Source: Tubulanus polymorphus
Lineage: Eukaryota; Animalia; Nemertea
DNA: 64,000 nucleotides
Assembly: GCF_964204645.1 (NCBI RefSeq)
Contig: NC_134026.1
Coordinates: 15,844,150 to 15,908,149, forward strand
Direction of reading: 5' to 3'
Part shown: positions 50,003 to 63,774 of the stretch, piece by piece
Layout: each line of letters begins with the position of its first letter
How positions within the stretch are numbered: position 1 is the first letter of the stretch
The notes under the pieces: generated by a model
Seen by the model: only the letters and a program-made list of their open reading frames with translations
Database searches by the model: none
What the model was told of the DNA's origin: nothing
Made by a program: the position numbers and the translations under genes

Positions 50003-53000
50003 AATTATAATAGATTTCACTCTAACATGACATTGTCTAATAGCGCACACATAGTATGTTTCTCATTTTCAACTTACCCTGATTTCATGAAACTACTTAT
50101 GCATACATCATACCCATCATGTTTGGGTTCTACCATTACTCCACAAATCAATTCAGTGTGTATTCTTGTTTATGAAGTTGGTCTAAACCTAGGATTTGCT
50201 GTTATGGCTTAGTAATATTAGTTGAGTATTCTTAATGACCGTACATTCTACTTGTATGTTTCACATTTTAAATCTGATACTTTGATTCCAGAGCTGCAGA
50301 GAATGCAACCAGTAGAAGCTATATTCATACAATACACCACTGGTGAATAATCTATCTTCTAGCCAATGGTTCTTGTGGCATTGGCGTTATAACTGGGTGA
50401 ATCCACATGTATTCTCGCCTGAGTATGTTTGACCGACCATGCCAGGTATGTCCAGCATTTATGTTCAACATCTCAATTCTGTGTATACCGTGGTTATTTT
50501 ATGCAGCCCTTCAATTTGCATTACAGATTGCTTAAAGTCCTGCTAGAACTACCCTTCTATAAGAACCGTTATTTGCAATGATAAACATGTATTATACCTA
50601 GCTTGTGAAAACAACTATTTAGGTTATATGTTAGTACTTTTATTAATTTCCAATGTTCTCATTATCCTTTAATCATTTAATTACACCATTTTTCAGATGA
50701 CTAAATGTCAACTGTTTCTACCTAAATGCGCACATAAAATACTCAAAATATTCTACCTGACACATGAGTTTGGAACGGGATTCTTCAGCAATGTTTGAGT
50801 TGAAACATGTCATGCCTATTTAGGTTGAAATGGAATACTTGATTTCCGATTCATATCACAAGATTGTATTTGACTCAATAACATCGATAATAGTCGATGT
50901 TCATTTCTTGACATAATCAAGAAAGAATATTATGTGCTTGTAGTTTTTGAATGCGTTGTAATAAAGAGATCTATCAATGTATAAAACAACACTTTTTCCT
51001 CATCAGTTAGATACATGTATCTTGATATTCCCACCATTTTTGCAGATGCACACGTCAGGAGACTGGGTCTTATTTTTTAGTATTACCTTTAGAGCGAGCC
51101 TATGTCAACGGTCTGGCCGATTGATAATCATTCATATGCTTAATACACTACGGTCAAAGCTATTTTAGCACACTCGAACGCAATTTCAGTAGCCTGTAAT
51201 TTCACTTCTAATGAGCGAATTGAACGGATTAAGCAAAAATATATTTTGTAATTTATTTTTCTTTATGGTGCGCAAAGTTGTAAGCCGTGGGTTTCATATA
51301 TTTTGAGAAATTAACCAAAAAGTGTCAAAAATTCGATTATTTGAGCACGTTTTTTATGCAGCATCTTTAACTGTCAAAAAAACTACATATGTGAAAATTC
51401 AATGCTATTTGCATCGGAAGAACTTAATCTCGTAAAGATCCGACGCTTTGTTCGGTAGTTATGGGCTTTCAAACACGAAACCCACCAAAATTTCGGTTAT
51501 GTATAATTTTCGTGACCCGTTTTGAACTCCATCATGACGTCATAGCATTCGGTGAATATTTAAATGAGGTGGATCAGCAGGTGCGCTATTTCACTAAACA
51601 AAATGGCGGCAAAATTGAAGAGTTCTCATTCATCATTTCAAGCGCAAATTCTGGTACTTAAGGCGTATGATATGATTTATTGTGTGCAATGTGTTCATCT
51701 AGTTTTGAAATCCCGTGCATAAGGTAACGTTGCATCAAGAAATTCTGGTTTCAAATTGAGGAAATTTACTTTCGTGTTAGCCACACGGCTGATTCACTGA
51801 TGATACTGATCAGCTGATAGCATCGAATCTGAGGTCGAAGATGAGTCTGATATTTACACGACTGGAATAATAGTTTTATCAGCATTAATTGAAGTCATTT
51901 AATTGACGTTCGTATAACGATCCATTTTGGAGCCTGATTATTTGTATTAGATTGTTAATTGCGGCACAGTGATGAAACAGTAGTCAACAGTAGTGTTCAA
52001 TCGCGCAGGCAGTATATTGCCTTATTACTCTCGACGTATCGGCCCCACTCCGCGCGGTTGCGCCACCGCGCGGTATTTACGCGAAGCAGCAGAACACAAA
52101 TATGGCCACTCTCTCAATTTTCAATGATAGAAATCGTGTGTGCATTTCAATTAGTTTGGCTGTTAGGGTTTTAAGGCACAATATAAGTTGATGATGTGAT
52201 ATGGCGATGTTAATTTATGATAATTCCGCAGTGAAGCTAGTCACGAACGGTGCCGATTGAGTGTACAGCTGCCAAAAACACTGAAATGTGCGTAGTTGCG
52301 TAACTATTTGCAGTGAATTGCAGACGAAACATGAAGCCTTAACGGCCGTTTAAATAAAAATTATTCCAATCGCAATTGTAAAATAAAAATGAGATAGAAC
52401 CTAAGTTAAAATCCTGGCAATTTCTAAAATGTTATTACTTATTTTTAGTCATTTCGGAACGGTTAGTTTTCCAACAATAATGAGGGGTGGTAGATAGTCA
52501 TGCAATCCGAGTCATCATTTATTACACGTTACTTCCGTGTTGTTGAAAATCTCGCGAGTCCTGGACCGAACCCCAATGAACAATGTGATCTGTGTGCTGG
52601 CCACAAATGCACACAGATCACACTACACTACCCAGTACCCACAGCTTTCATATATCCATCCAAATATTTAGTGTCTTTCTTCCTGGATACTATGGGTGTA
52701 TGTATCAGTTATAGATAGCGCGTAAAGGCGCAGGTCGCGCGTAACAACGATTCTGAGTGAAAGCTTGCTTGCCTACTAAAAGCAATCCTATCGTGAAATT
52801 ATTAAAAACCATATCAATCGATAAACTTTATTTCGCCAGTAAACGGCACTGGCCTCAAATTTGCATAAACTTGGGAGCTTCTGTCCAATGAAACCCAGGC
52901 CGATTGGTCCGGTACCTTGTCCGACACCGGGTTTCCCTGTGGGAAAACCCGGTTATTATTAATAGTGAAAGTGAAGAAATTCCGTTTTTAAATTCCGCGA

Positions 53001-56000
53001 TTCTGTCATTCCGCGATATGACAACACCGCACAAATATACCTTGTGCGATTGATTCAATGATGAGCATTTCGGTCATTCAAAAATGAAACTGTGTTTCTC
53101 ATCACCGCGCGCATCGGAAAAATCAGTGACAAAAATCTGGTAAAAATAAGTACGAAATAACAGTGAAATAACTTAAAGTTTACTCGCATCAGTACCAGTG
53201 CTCGCAAAAATGGAAGAAATTGTTCGGCTATTAATCAAAATTTGTGTAGATCGGGATTCGAAACTGGTCAGGCGTACGGTGATTTCGACAATCGTGGTCA
53301 CGATAAATCCATAAGTAAAAAACTTGCCCCCCATGCAATTTTTACTGCATTTTCTATAAATTGAATCTATATGCTGACTCTCTCATGCTCTTCGTCAATC
53401 CTTCTATACACAATTCATTTCGAGGTTTTTTAAAGCTAAGTTTATAAAAATAAACAACTACCTCTACGGGATCAATTTTGAATAGCCTTACGTTGACGAT
53501 CTTTCTACAGGTAATGATTTTTTGCATTGCATGCCAGTTGCGTTGGGTGGTACCATGCCCCAATACGGCTTTTGAGTTCTACTTGCAAGCGACTTATGAA
53601 GAAAATTCAATTAACTATAGAATTTACAGTACTCTGACTGCGGCTTATCTAACTATTGCAATACAAGAATGGTGAATTGTCAATCATTAATGAGAACTGC
53701 AGGAAGATGTGAACCAAGAATCCGATAAGTGAACAAACCATCTTCTGCATTGCAAGCCAGCACGAGCCACACACGGTTGAGATACGTAAAATATCATACA
53801 TTGTGAACAGCCCAATCGTATTACTTCCCACACATGAGACATATTGTCTCAAAAAATGCCCTAGAACGCATTTTCGAGTGTTTACATTTATGAAATTTCG
53901 CTGGAGGGCAAAGACACGCCGGGTAGGACTCCGCACCGTAAGCCGCTCAGATCAACCGTATCTTGCTCACTTGAAATGTACACCCCTCCCCCTTAAAAAA
54001 AAAACTAGAAACAAACCCTGCTATTGCCCTGCACGTGTAATATCTATTCATTTTATGATATTCTCCCGTGAATTTATATATAGAGTATAAAATAGTATTT
54101 CAAATTAGCAATTGACTATGCAGCAAATTCGATATGAGTCATCATATAACGTGGAGGCCAGAAAATCCTGAATTGTAAGAGTGTTGAGTGGCTTTTGATA
54201 CATATTACTATTATATTGACATATTGAATCAATGAGTTACAGAGTGCATAGTCATTTGAAATGACGAATCACTTTCGAGTTGAAACTTCTCGGCCAACAT
54301 AGTCGACGGGAATTGTTGCAAGTGGTGGGTCATTCAGTTCAGACATTTAACTAGTGACTTAATAACGTCAATCGTCACTAGCAAGCCAGCTTAGCAAACT
54401 AATGGATGTACATTTCGCCTTCTCATCTACACAACCTTACAGAAAGGTAAGAGACGTATATATCTTTATTCGCTTTATGTGCGTATTAAACTGTAGTTAT
54501 ACGGAGGCCCATTTATATTCTAATTTGGAATACATGCAACAATCATAGCCTACGTTTGTTCATGTTTCATTTTGGGAGAACATTCCAGGATGATATAAAT
54601 ACGGAGCATGTGTTAAAGGAGTGATGACGTATCTTTGCGTAGAAAATATGATAAAAATAGGTGTAAATAACGTGTTTATTCGTCATGGTTTGTTGCGTTT
54701 CTTCCGATTTTCAATACAACGAAATCATGTTCAAAAGCAATTATGAAAAGGCGAACACCGTTCATGGAAATTTAAACAGAATGAAGTATATGTATTTCTA
54801 AACGTATATTTTTTCATAAGGCGTAACAAAAATGATACCGTGTTTCTATGAAGCGACCCGGGCATTTTCGTAAAATGCAATACAATTCATAATCAGTTCA
54901 TTAATTCTAGTTGGATTCTAGTTGAGTTTAGTTGTAACTATCTTCAACTAGAATTCAACTAGAATTGAGTAGAAAATAAACAAAATTAACAAGCTAGTTG
55001 ATTTAGTGTATTTTTCATTTAATTCTTATTAAAGATGTTGATTAATTTCTCAATAAAACTAACTTCAACTAGCACCAACTGGGATATAACTAAAGATACA
55101 TTAGATTAACAAACTAGTCTATTTTAGTTGAATTTTAGTTGTATTTCAAAATATTCCAATTAAAGTATATAAATTCAATTTTTTTCACTTTAGTTGGTAT
55201 TTTTCATTTTAAATTTTCATTCAATCCATGGCATCTAATTCATGTGCGAATTTATGATTTCTTAATCTCTTTTCTGTTTTATATTTCTTTTTACCAATTT
55301 CACAGCTTTTAATATTATTCATTTTATCTGAAATATAATTTGATTCAACAAATTTCTTATGATTATTACCGTTTTTATGATTATTTCCATTTTGAATATT
55401 CAATTTTTCCAATTTTTTTACATAATTTGATATTTTCATTCATCAAATCCTTTGAAATATTTTCGTAATAGAAGTTCAATGCAGCTTATATTAAACTTCT
55501 TGCAATTAAGTAATGTTTTAAATCACGACTTCTGGTGGGAATGAAAGACACGTATCATTCGCGCGGAAAATCGAGCTAGTTCCCAACCGACAAGTAAATA
55601 TTCTAGTTACTACATCTGTAAAACAATGTTTAATCAAGATCAATAGAGTAAACATTGAATTGCAATCACATCGTAATTTGCTGGCGAATAGACATATTTT
55701 TGATATTCTGTCCGTCCCGTACTAACATCTTGCTGTTATTAGTAGACATTTCGGGACATAATGGACCAATGACAATCATATTCATAGAATAGCTTACCTT
55801 CAATGAGGAGAAATACCGGCCGTGTAAATGAAGCCGCGAATAAACCAGCCAGTATATGTGCGCGGTAGTGCACGATGTGTCTAGTGTACGGAAACGCATC
55901 GGGGACATTCACAAATGTAATCAAAGAAACTCGTTACTATTGATCTGTTGAAACAATATGTCAACATTGCGATTGAAATATTATGAAATAAAATTTAACT

Positions 56001-57199
56001 TCGATCTCGATCGATTTGAATTTAAAAACAAAACCAGCATTCGGCACATTCTATCCAAACTTGAATTTTTAAAATGTTCCTTATAGGCTACTAAATTTCT
56101 CGAATCTATCCAAGAAGCAATAGTTCAAAGGTCAAGCCACGTTATTATTAGAGAGTTAGGTGCGAGTTGGGCCCCTGCGTTTAGACAAGCCTGAGAGTAA
56201 ATCTAGACGTTTTTCAGTGAAAATTATGTTAAATGCTTGAACAACACCCAAAATTTCATAGTAAGTAGTAGCTGTCCGGGTCTATTCTGATTTCGCAGAA
56301 ACGCGAACATACATGTACAAAAATATCGGCAATTGGCTCCGATTTATGCATATTTTCGATTATTTCACAAAAACACGAGTTCGGAATTATATGAAATTTT
56401 CAGATCATAGAATAGATACTATATGACACCTCTGGTGAAAAAATCAGATCTCAGGACCATCAAGATAAAAACTGTGCCACCCGTTTTACTGAATTTTTTC
56501 GCAATAGGCAAATGAAAGTATAACATTAATTGTTGAATTTTGCTGATTGAAATATCTTAGAACTGTTAGCCAGTAAAAGCCAGTATCGAATGGTAAAAGC
56601 CAGTATCGACCGGATACGTGGACGATTTCAGTTCAATTTAGAATGAATTAATTCATTGCGTAGTTATCGTTGATCTACAAATTACACCTATTTAGGTATC
56701 AAATCTCAAACTATGAATTTCCCCCACATACATGTTTCTCTGCATTACATTGGAGATATTCCCAGTACAACATAGCTTTGTCCCCAAGAGAAACTAAACT
56801 ATCGATGTGTTTTTGATAGAAAAATGTACCGTTACACTCAACAGGAAATGAAAGGTGGACTCAATTTGCATTGACTCTGAAAAGATGTGGACAGGGTGCC
56901 TCGCCAACATTGAATAAAGGACCAATGTTCCAGTGGCTCGCCAAACTACGCGTAAAATATCTTTTACGCTAGTTGCAATAATTCATTTCATTGAAAATTA
57001 AACGAGAAAAATATTTATCAAAATGAACTCGACTTTGGTCAGTATCAACTTTTAATGAAACTGGCTTTCCTTAGAACGACAGCTCTTCCAAAGATTGGTG
57101 AAGAGGATTGTAAACTCAACGTCCATAATTTTGTAATTGTTGAGGAGAGAATCCCACAATGATAATAAAAAGTCCGAAAATGAAACTTCGAGATAGTAG

Positions 57200-57250
57200 T
57201 TTATTTCAACGTTTCGACTATATCCTAATAGTCATCTTCAGGAATAATGA
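57200..57250 (-). ncRNA. minimal hammerhead ribozyme-like motif in the Penelope pLTR
   Basis: Minus strand CCTGAAGA-T-GACTAT(taggat)ATAGTC-GAAACGTTG: core boxes, stem II and palindromic AACGTT. Confidence 0.6.
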
Positions 57251-57556
57251 GATACTACAGAAATTATGAGATACATATACAATCCAGAGACAAAGAGACT
57301 AAATCAAGTAATCAGAGATGATACAAACTAAAGGAAAATTAACGTAGAAACAGTTACACGCTAAAATAGATTAAAGGGAAGCAAACTAAGGGGTGATTAT
57401 AAACAACAATAGTGAGTATAAATATAAATGAAACTTAAAGTCAGTAGTAAAAAGAAAGACAAACTAAGGGCCACTTAAATTAAAACAAAGGTGAATACAA
57501 GTTAAGTCAGAGACGAAATTGATGAGAGAACAAATAACAAATAATCAAAGGGGAAA

Positions 57557-57931
57557 TCAAGTGTTGAGTTTAACCAGTTTACAGAGGAATTTTGATATAA
57601 GTTTATTATGGGGTGAAAAACCATTGTTAAGGTTTACAACGTTGTTGGAATTTTCAATAATTAATGCAGATTCCAAAATATGTCTTCTAGTTTTATCGCT
57701 GCAAGGGTAAACTAATTCAGCATTAGCAAAATCAAAATTGTGTGAAGTCTGAAAAACATGACTAGCAACTCCGCTTTCAGGTTTTAAGTTTTTTACATCT
57801 AATTTATGCTCTTTTATGCGTTGATTAAGATTCCGACCTGTTTCTCCTATATATACTTTGTCGCAAACTTTACAAGGTATTTTATAAATTCCACAGTTTA
57901 GGGATTCGGTTTTCGGTTTGTTGTTAATCAA
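57557..57931 (-). pseudogene. Penelope GIY-YIG endonuclease domain
   Basis: GIY..CxxC..YIGET..R..EH motifs; truncated and frameshifted upstream. Confidence 0.9.
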
Positions 57932-58258
57932 TATGTTACTAAGTTTATTATTGTATTTAAAGATAAGTTGTTTATTTAGTGACCGAAGAGAAACTTAAGA
58001 ATTCTCGAGGAAAGGTACATACGGTACAATGATAGGCTGTTTATCGGTAGCCAAGTAAGGAGTTCTAAGGTTGTTATTTCTAAAATGCGTAGTACGAGCT
58101 TTAAGGAGAGCTTTTTTCAATAGGAAATCGGGGTAGGCAAGTTTTTTGAGAGATTGGTTAATATGGTGAATTTCATCGGGTAGAAATGAGGGGTGGCAAA
58201 TTCTCAAAGCGCGAAGAAATAATCCTTGAGCTAAACCGAGTTTAATATCCGGAGAAGT

Positions 58259-58412
58259 AACTATAACTTTATATTCATGAATCTACAGGCTATATGCGAT
58301 CAACTCAACAGGAACCTTTTTGAATATCTACCTCGTCGATTTCGGCTCGCCCTCCAAGAACTACGGAAGTTAAAGACTATTAAAATATCTAAGGCTGATA
58401 AAGGTGGCAAGA
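58259..58412 (+). mobile_element. inverted Penelope RT N-terminal fragment
   Basis: RLALQELRKLKTIKISKADKGGKI, the conserved KADKG motif, on the strand opposite the adjacent element. Confidence 0.75.
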
Positions 58413-59008
58413 TTGCACTCTCGATGCCATCAGGTTCGAAGCCCTGCTGGGGAGGATAGTTTAAGGGCAGTACAAATTAAACTAGGCTGGTTACCGACGA
58501 AATCAGATTCATCGACTGACGTGGTTTATAATTATTTTACGATAGGATACTTTTATGGTAAGCCTAAGTGAGATTAAAAACAACTCGAGTCAATGTTATA
58601 TCAGCTCAGCATTTTTACAAATCGTTGTAAGATTGTACGCGTGACTTACCCCCTGGCGAGTGTTATCTACTAATGATCATGCATGGCTGCACACGGCTAA
58701 CGTGATATTGCCGACGCGAGTGTACTTAATATCTCATCACTGTGCCGCAGTTAATGGGTTCAACTATTCATGTCAGATGTCACGTGAGGTCTGTTTTTCG
58801 TCAATCAGTATAATAAAAGCCTATTTTCGTTTTCGACGTTTATAATTGGCAGATGTGACAACTGCAAACCTCAGTAACAAGGCACTTACATTCAGGGTGC
58901 GTAGGAAGATCGTGTCACTGAATATGGAATATCTAGTAAAGGCACGAAGAGACTATCGCTACAGAAGCAGAGTCTGTTTTTAAAGAACAATTTGGAGAAC
59001 CATTCTTA

Positions 59009-59740
59009 AGCCGCGTTCACACGACAACTAGTTAGACCGGTCTAAATGGGTCCGTCCCTGGTCCGGTCCAAATTTAGACCGGATCAAATTTTGGTGAGCG
59101 TTCACACGGCGTTTTGAAACGCAGTAATAAAATCGCTTGTCATTAGGCCCACAAGATGTTGCCATCTGCTAAATAATTAATTGCGCCTGGATGAAGTCTT
59201 GCTTCCAGATTCGAAGTATAGCAAAACATTCTTCATTTGACCAATTCGATCCTCTTGTCAGGTTTAGACATTTTTGCGAATTCGATTTTATTCTATCACG
59301 CTGAAACTCTAAGTAGCGTTTAAACACGGTTCAAAGCACGGCAGTAAAACGGATGATGATCGCGATATACGAATACGAATTACGCTCCAAACCTTTCCAT
59401 AGTATAGGGAGGAAAAACAGTTTTTAAGAATAATTATATAAACGATAATAAAAGCATTTAAAACTTAATAAACTGGACTCACACTCTGCCGCAGAGGTCG
59501 CGACATCTATACCGCAGAGATTCAGAATTACGATTTAGACCGGAGCTGGTACCAGTTTCTGTCCACACACACATATTTAGACCGGTCCAAAATTTGGTCC
59601 GGACCTGGTTCGCTCTTTTAGATGGTGCCAAATTAGACCGGTCTTAAGTAGACTGGTCTAATTTGGAACGGTATTTTGCCCGTGTGAACGCTTGGTCCGG
59701 TCTAAATTAGACCGGACCAAATTTAGACCGGTCTAAATTT
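59009..59740. mobile_element. Harbinger-type MITE with TAGACCGGTCTA subterminal repeats, right end truncated
   Basis: TA-AGCCGCGTTCACACG start; two inverted clusters of TTAGACCGG motifs. Confidence 0.6.
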
Positions 59741-60535
59741 CGAGCTCAAAAATGAAAAATAAATTCTCGCCGGCTCGAATTTATTTTTTATTTTTTTCAC
59801 TCAACTTTTCTCCCTTCAATCTGAAAATACAATTATAACTAATATTCATATATTATTTCTTATAATTTCAAAATATATAATGAAATCTATATAAATATAT
59901 AAGAATAAATAATAAAATATAAAAGATAAATATAGCTGCCAAGCAGCGATGACGGGTTTTCTGCAAAGCCATTCAGAATGATGGGAATTGGAGTAAATTG
60001 AAATACCGATACATAGAATAAAATGCATTGACAGATTCGAACCTAATATGCAATCACTGTGTAAACGTCAAATATGATTCAGCTTTGAAACCGAACATAC
60101 GCGGACGTACAATCAACAAATATGACTCTATTTGACCAGGCGTTTATTTTGGCATTCAACCATCATGATACTGTATTATCACCATGCTTAAAAATGGATC
60201 TGTCCTATTAAGAACTCATCTTAAGCACCTGCTGAGTCGATAGATTGAGTGAATTTACAGATAAGAACGTATTATAATTTAGAATAGATTTAAGAAGTTA
60301 ATGTTTTTATTGAAATATTTGAATAAATACATATATTGTAGTGTAGATTCAATCAATAAATTATGAATTGATTTGGTCTGGGTTTCCGGCTGATGTTGAT
60401 TTTGGCTTTTATGGATTACAAATTCTATAGTGATAAACAATTGATACCTGCAACATGTGTGTAAATCAAACCTATTCCACTAGTTGCGTGTGTTTCCTAA
60501 TAAACGGGAGATTCACTCATGATCTGAGTTATTAG

Positions 60536-61788
60536 AACTAGGGGTCCAGGGACACCATGCCCACTTGGGAAGTGGATCCAAATGCTCAACAATCTAACAA
60601 TTTCAATATTCAACACCCCCTGGTGACCATATACTAAAACCAATGACCTTGAAACTCACCACAATCATAGAACATGTCAGCAGCTTCGATTTTGTAATTG
60701 ATTGTGATAACAAAATATGCCTTGTTACCAATTTAATATGGAAATACTAAGTTATTCTACATTTCAACGCCCCCTGGTGACCATATTCAAAACCAAATGA
60801 CCTTGAAATTCACCAAAATCATAGAACATGTCCCGAAATATAACTTTGTAATTGATCATGGTAACAAAATATGCCTAGGTACCAATAGGATAAGGAAATA
60901 CTAAGTTAGTCTACTATTCAACGCCCCCTGGTGACCATATAGAATAACTTATGGCCTTAAAACTTGCCACAATCATAGATGATGTCATGAGCTACAACTT
61001 TGCAATTGATTGTGGTTACAAAATATGCATTGATACGAATATAATATAGAAATACTAAGATTTTGTATTATTCAACGCCCCCTGGTGGCCATTTACAAAA
61101 ACTAATGACCTTGAAACTCACCACAATCATAGGACACGTTACGAGCTACAGGTTTCTAATAGATTGTGGTAACAAAATACGCTTAGGTATCAATATAATG
61201 TGGAAAAACTTTTTCCCACCTACGAATGAGTACTGATGACACAAAGATGGCCGCCAATTGCGTCATAATTGGCTGATCAAAAATATCTGTCTCAGGTATA
61301 AAACATCCCTTTTCAAAGAATACCCATCACAAATTGCAATGAGAAATGGCGAACCAGTAGGGAGCTATAGGACTCAGAATTCGGGCCAAAATTGTCATTT
61401 TTGGGCACTAAAGAAGGTCATAGGACGGTCATCTTGAGTCCGATCGACCCAATTTTTGTTATGCTGATGGGCCCTGGGGGGATTCACATACATCCGAAAG
61501 ATCAAGGTAATTGATCAAAGCGTCTTCAAAATTTCCCTCAAAAAGTTCAAAAATGTGTAGAAAGTGCTTATTTTGGCGAACAACAATGGCTGCCATTCGG
61601 CCATCTTGATTCTGACAGGGCCAGTTTTTGGGCTGAAGGTGTGTCTAGGGTAGATACATGTGTAACCCAAATATCAAGACATTACATTAAAGCGTCTTCA
61701 AAACTTCCCAAAATAACTGGATTTCGTCTACGGACGGACGGACGGACGACGGGCGAAAAGTGAACGCAATAGCCCGCTGGGACTAAAA
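60536..61788 (+). mobile_element. complete Helentron/HINE-type element with four ~154-bp tandem units
   Basis: AACTAG start, tandem units, arm, (GACG)n microsatellite and terminal AGCCCGCTGGGACTAAAA; absent from the paralogous site at about 13400-13447. Confidence 0.8.
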
Positions 61789-62130
61789 TTCTGTAATAAT
61801 CTTTGTTCTGTCCTTTTTTATTACTGTATGAACCAATGTTATTCTTTGTAAATATGATGTAATAAAATAAATTTGAATTTCAATTAAATTTGAACATGAG
61901 AATCAAGCATAACTTGTGTTTTTTCAACTTGTCTTTTGTTAACAGTTCCAGAGTTTCAATTACAATCAAATCCAAATTGGCTAAAAAGTACATAGGACTA
62001 AATGAAATGAACTGTTAGTTACTGCAAACCTATTCCAGTGTTATGTCGATCGTGTTGAATCACTTTGCCTGAGTTGAAAGAATCAGATCTTCTATGGTGC
62101 AACATCGGTCGAAGAGAGATATCTTGGTGT

Positions 62131-62194
62131 TTACTGTCCTTGACCATCTAACTTCATGCGTTTGACATTGGGATCAGCATCATACCCATTTGAA
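62131..62194 (-). CDS. candidate terminal exon SNGYDADPNVKRMKLDGQGQ* of an unidentified gene
   Basis: ttttgcag| acceptor, open to TAA, NLS-like PxxKRxKLD; upstream exons not identified. Confidence 0.35.
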
Positions 62195-62540
62195 CTGCAA
62201 AATATTCATACAACATGAAAACCTACAGTACATGTATACAGTAATCAAACTTTCACCGATGTTGGATATTTGAATGAACGTTAGGCTTATTTCAGTATTC
62301 TAAAGCAGGAAATCATAAGCCCAATCAATAGGCCCTATTCCTATTGGAACAATTATATAATGCATACAGCTGTACCGTACACTTATCAGTCAAGATTGGA
62401 GAAATCGGTTATACCAACGATCAGCAAAATGTACAGGCCTACAATGATTTCTGGTATACAAGCCGTGACCACATGAACGTTTTGGATCTAGGTTTGACTA
62501 TTAATGTCAGCAGGTCAGAGAAAGCCTGAGTAAAATTTAA

Positions 62541-62907
62541 CCCTTTAGTGCCTCAGCCCTAAAAATGTATAATATTTCTTATTGACCTATGTTTTCTGCA
62601 TCCTCTAATTGCATACAACACAAATTCAGTATCAGTTTCAAAATTCAAAAAATTTGAGAACAAAATTTTCTTCATATTTCAATGAACATATGTGGACATC
62701 AGGCTATAGAGCCAGGTTATAAAGTTACAATTTTATGACTACAATACCCTGACGCCGTCTATCGTGTAAGCTTTGTACTAAGTCAACTTCTGTGGACATG
62801 CATGTCAGGCTTTCCAGGCAATTATTTTGGATACTTTCATAGCTTGCACAGGCAGCTATGATTGGAAATATGTTTGTCCACGTGCGTAGACCGGAGGCAC
62901 TGAAGGG
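62541..62907. mobile_element. piggyBac-like MITE
   Basis: TTAA|CCCTTTAGTGCCTC...GAGGCACTGAAGGG; right TSD degenerate. Confidence 0.6.
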
Positions 62908-62911
62908 TTTT

Positions 62912-63774
62912 AATAAACCATTTTACAGTTGCTAGCCGCCATTTTGTTAGGGTACTTTTGTCCCGTATTGTTGGGTCATTTTTTTCTCTTTTTTAGAAAC
63001 TATCCGTGATGTGTATTGTATCATATTTCATCTGTCCATGGATGGATTTTGACAAGAAGTGTGTGGATTGCATTTACAACAAAAGAGTGATATTTTGGGT
63101 TTTCTTGGGTGCATGTACGTAAGCCTCTGCCTGCTGTAAAAGCGACTACCAATACAGCCATTACGAACTAGTGCCGGAGAACGGAATACAGTAGTAATGC
63201 CGTAATATTTAAACCTGATACACGTACCAACAATTAAAACCATTTTCCGTAGAGACAAGTGTAGTGAAAATGAAGAAATAACACCCATATACTGAAATAC
63301 ACGCAAAGAAAACAGCGCCGAATCTCGGAATGACAATACACGCGCTGCAGTTAAAGTGCCATAGGAAAAAAACTAGGCAAGATATCTTAAAATTTCAAAG
63401 TTCACCTAAAAGGGGGCGTTTATGCGCACAGTGCTTGAAATGTTTGGATTTTTTAGAAAATTATTTCTGAAAATAACGAACTTCAAATTCAGTACCCTGG
63501 ATTTCTATGCGCACGGCAAAAACTGACCACCGATTTTTATATCGCTCTCATGTCGCATTGTTGTAAATTTGAGAAATGATTTTAACATAACTGGAAACTA
63601 GAGATTCACGCGGTTTGAATGTTGCTGAAGTTGTCAAAATCCATCCATGGACAGATGAAATATGATACAATACACATCACGGATAGTTTTTAAAAAAGAG
63701 AAAAAAATGACCCAACAATACGGGACAAAAGTACCCTAACAAAATGGCGGCTAGCAACTGTAAAATGGTTTATT
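62912..63774. mobile_element. fold-back element with ~145-bp near-perfect TIRs
   Basis: 62912-63056 is the reverse complement of 63631-63774. Confidence 0.85.

Larger units (their letters stand above)
57145..58258 (-). mobile_element. Penelope-like element, 3' part (RT C-terminus, GIY-YIG, pLTR)
   Basis: RALRICHP..YP..IIVPYVP, then GIYKIPCKVCDKVYIGETGRNLNQRIKEH..ILESALI..LN. Confidence 0.92.
59930..62462 (-). repeat. copy 2 (inverted) of the block at 10753-14710
   Basis: See copy 1; lacks the Penelope nest and 13629-14308, and carries its own insertion at 60536-61788. Confidence 0.9.
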
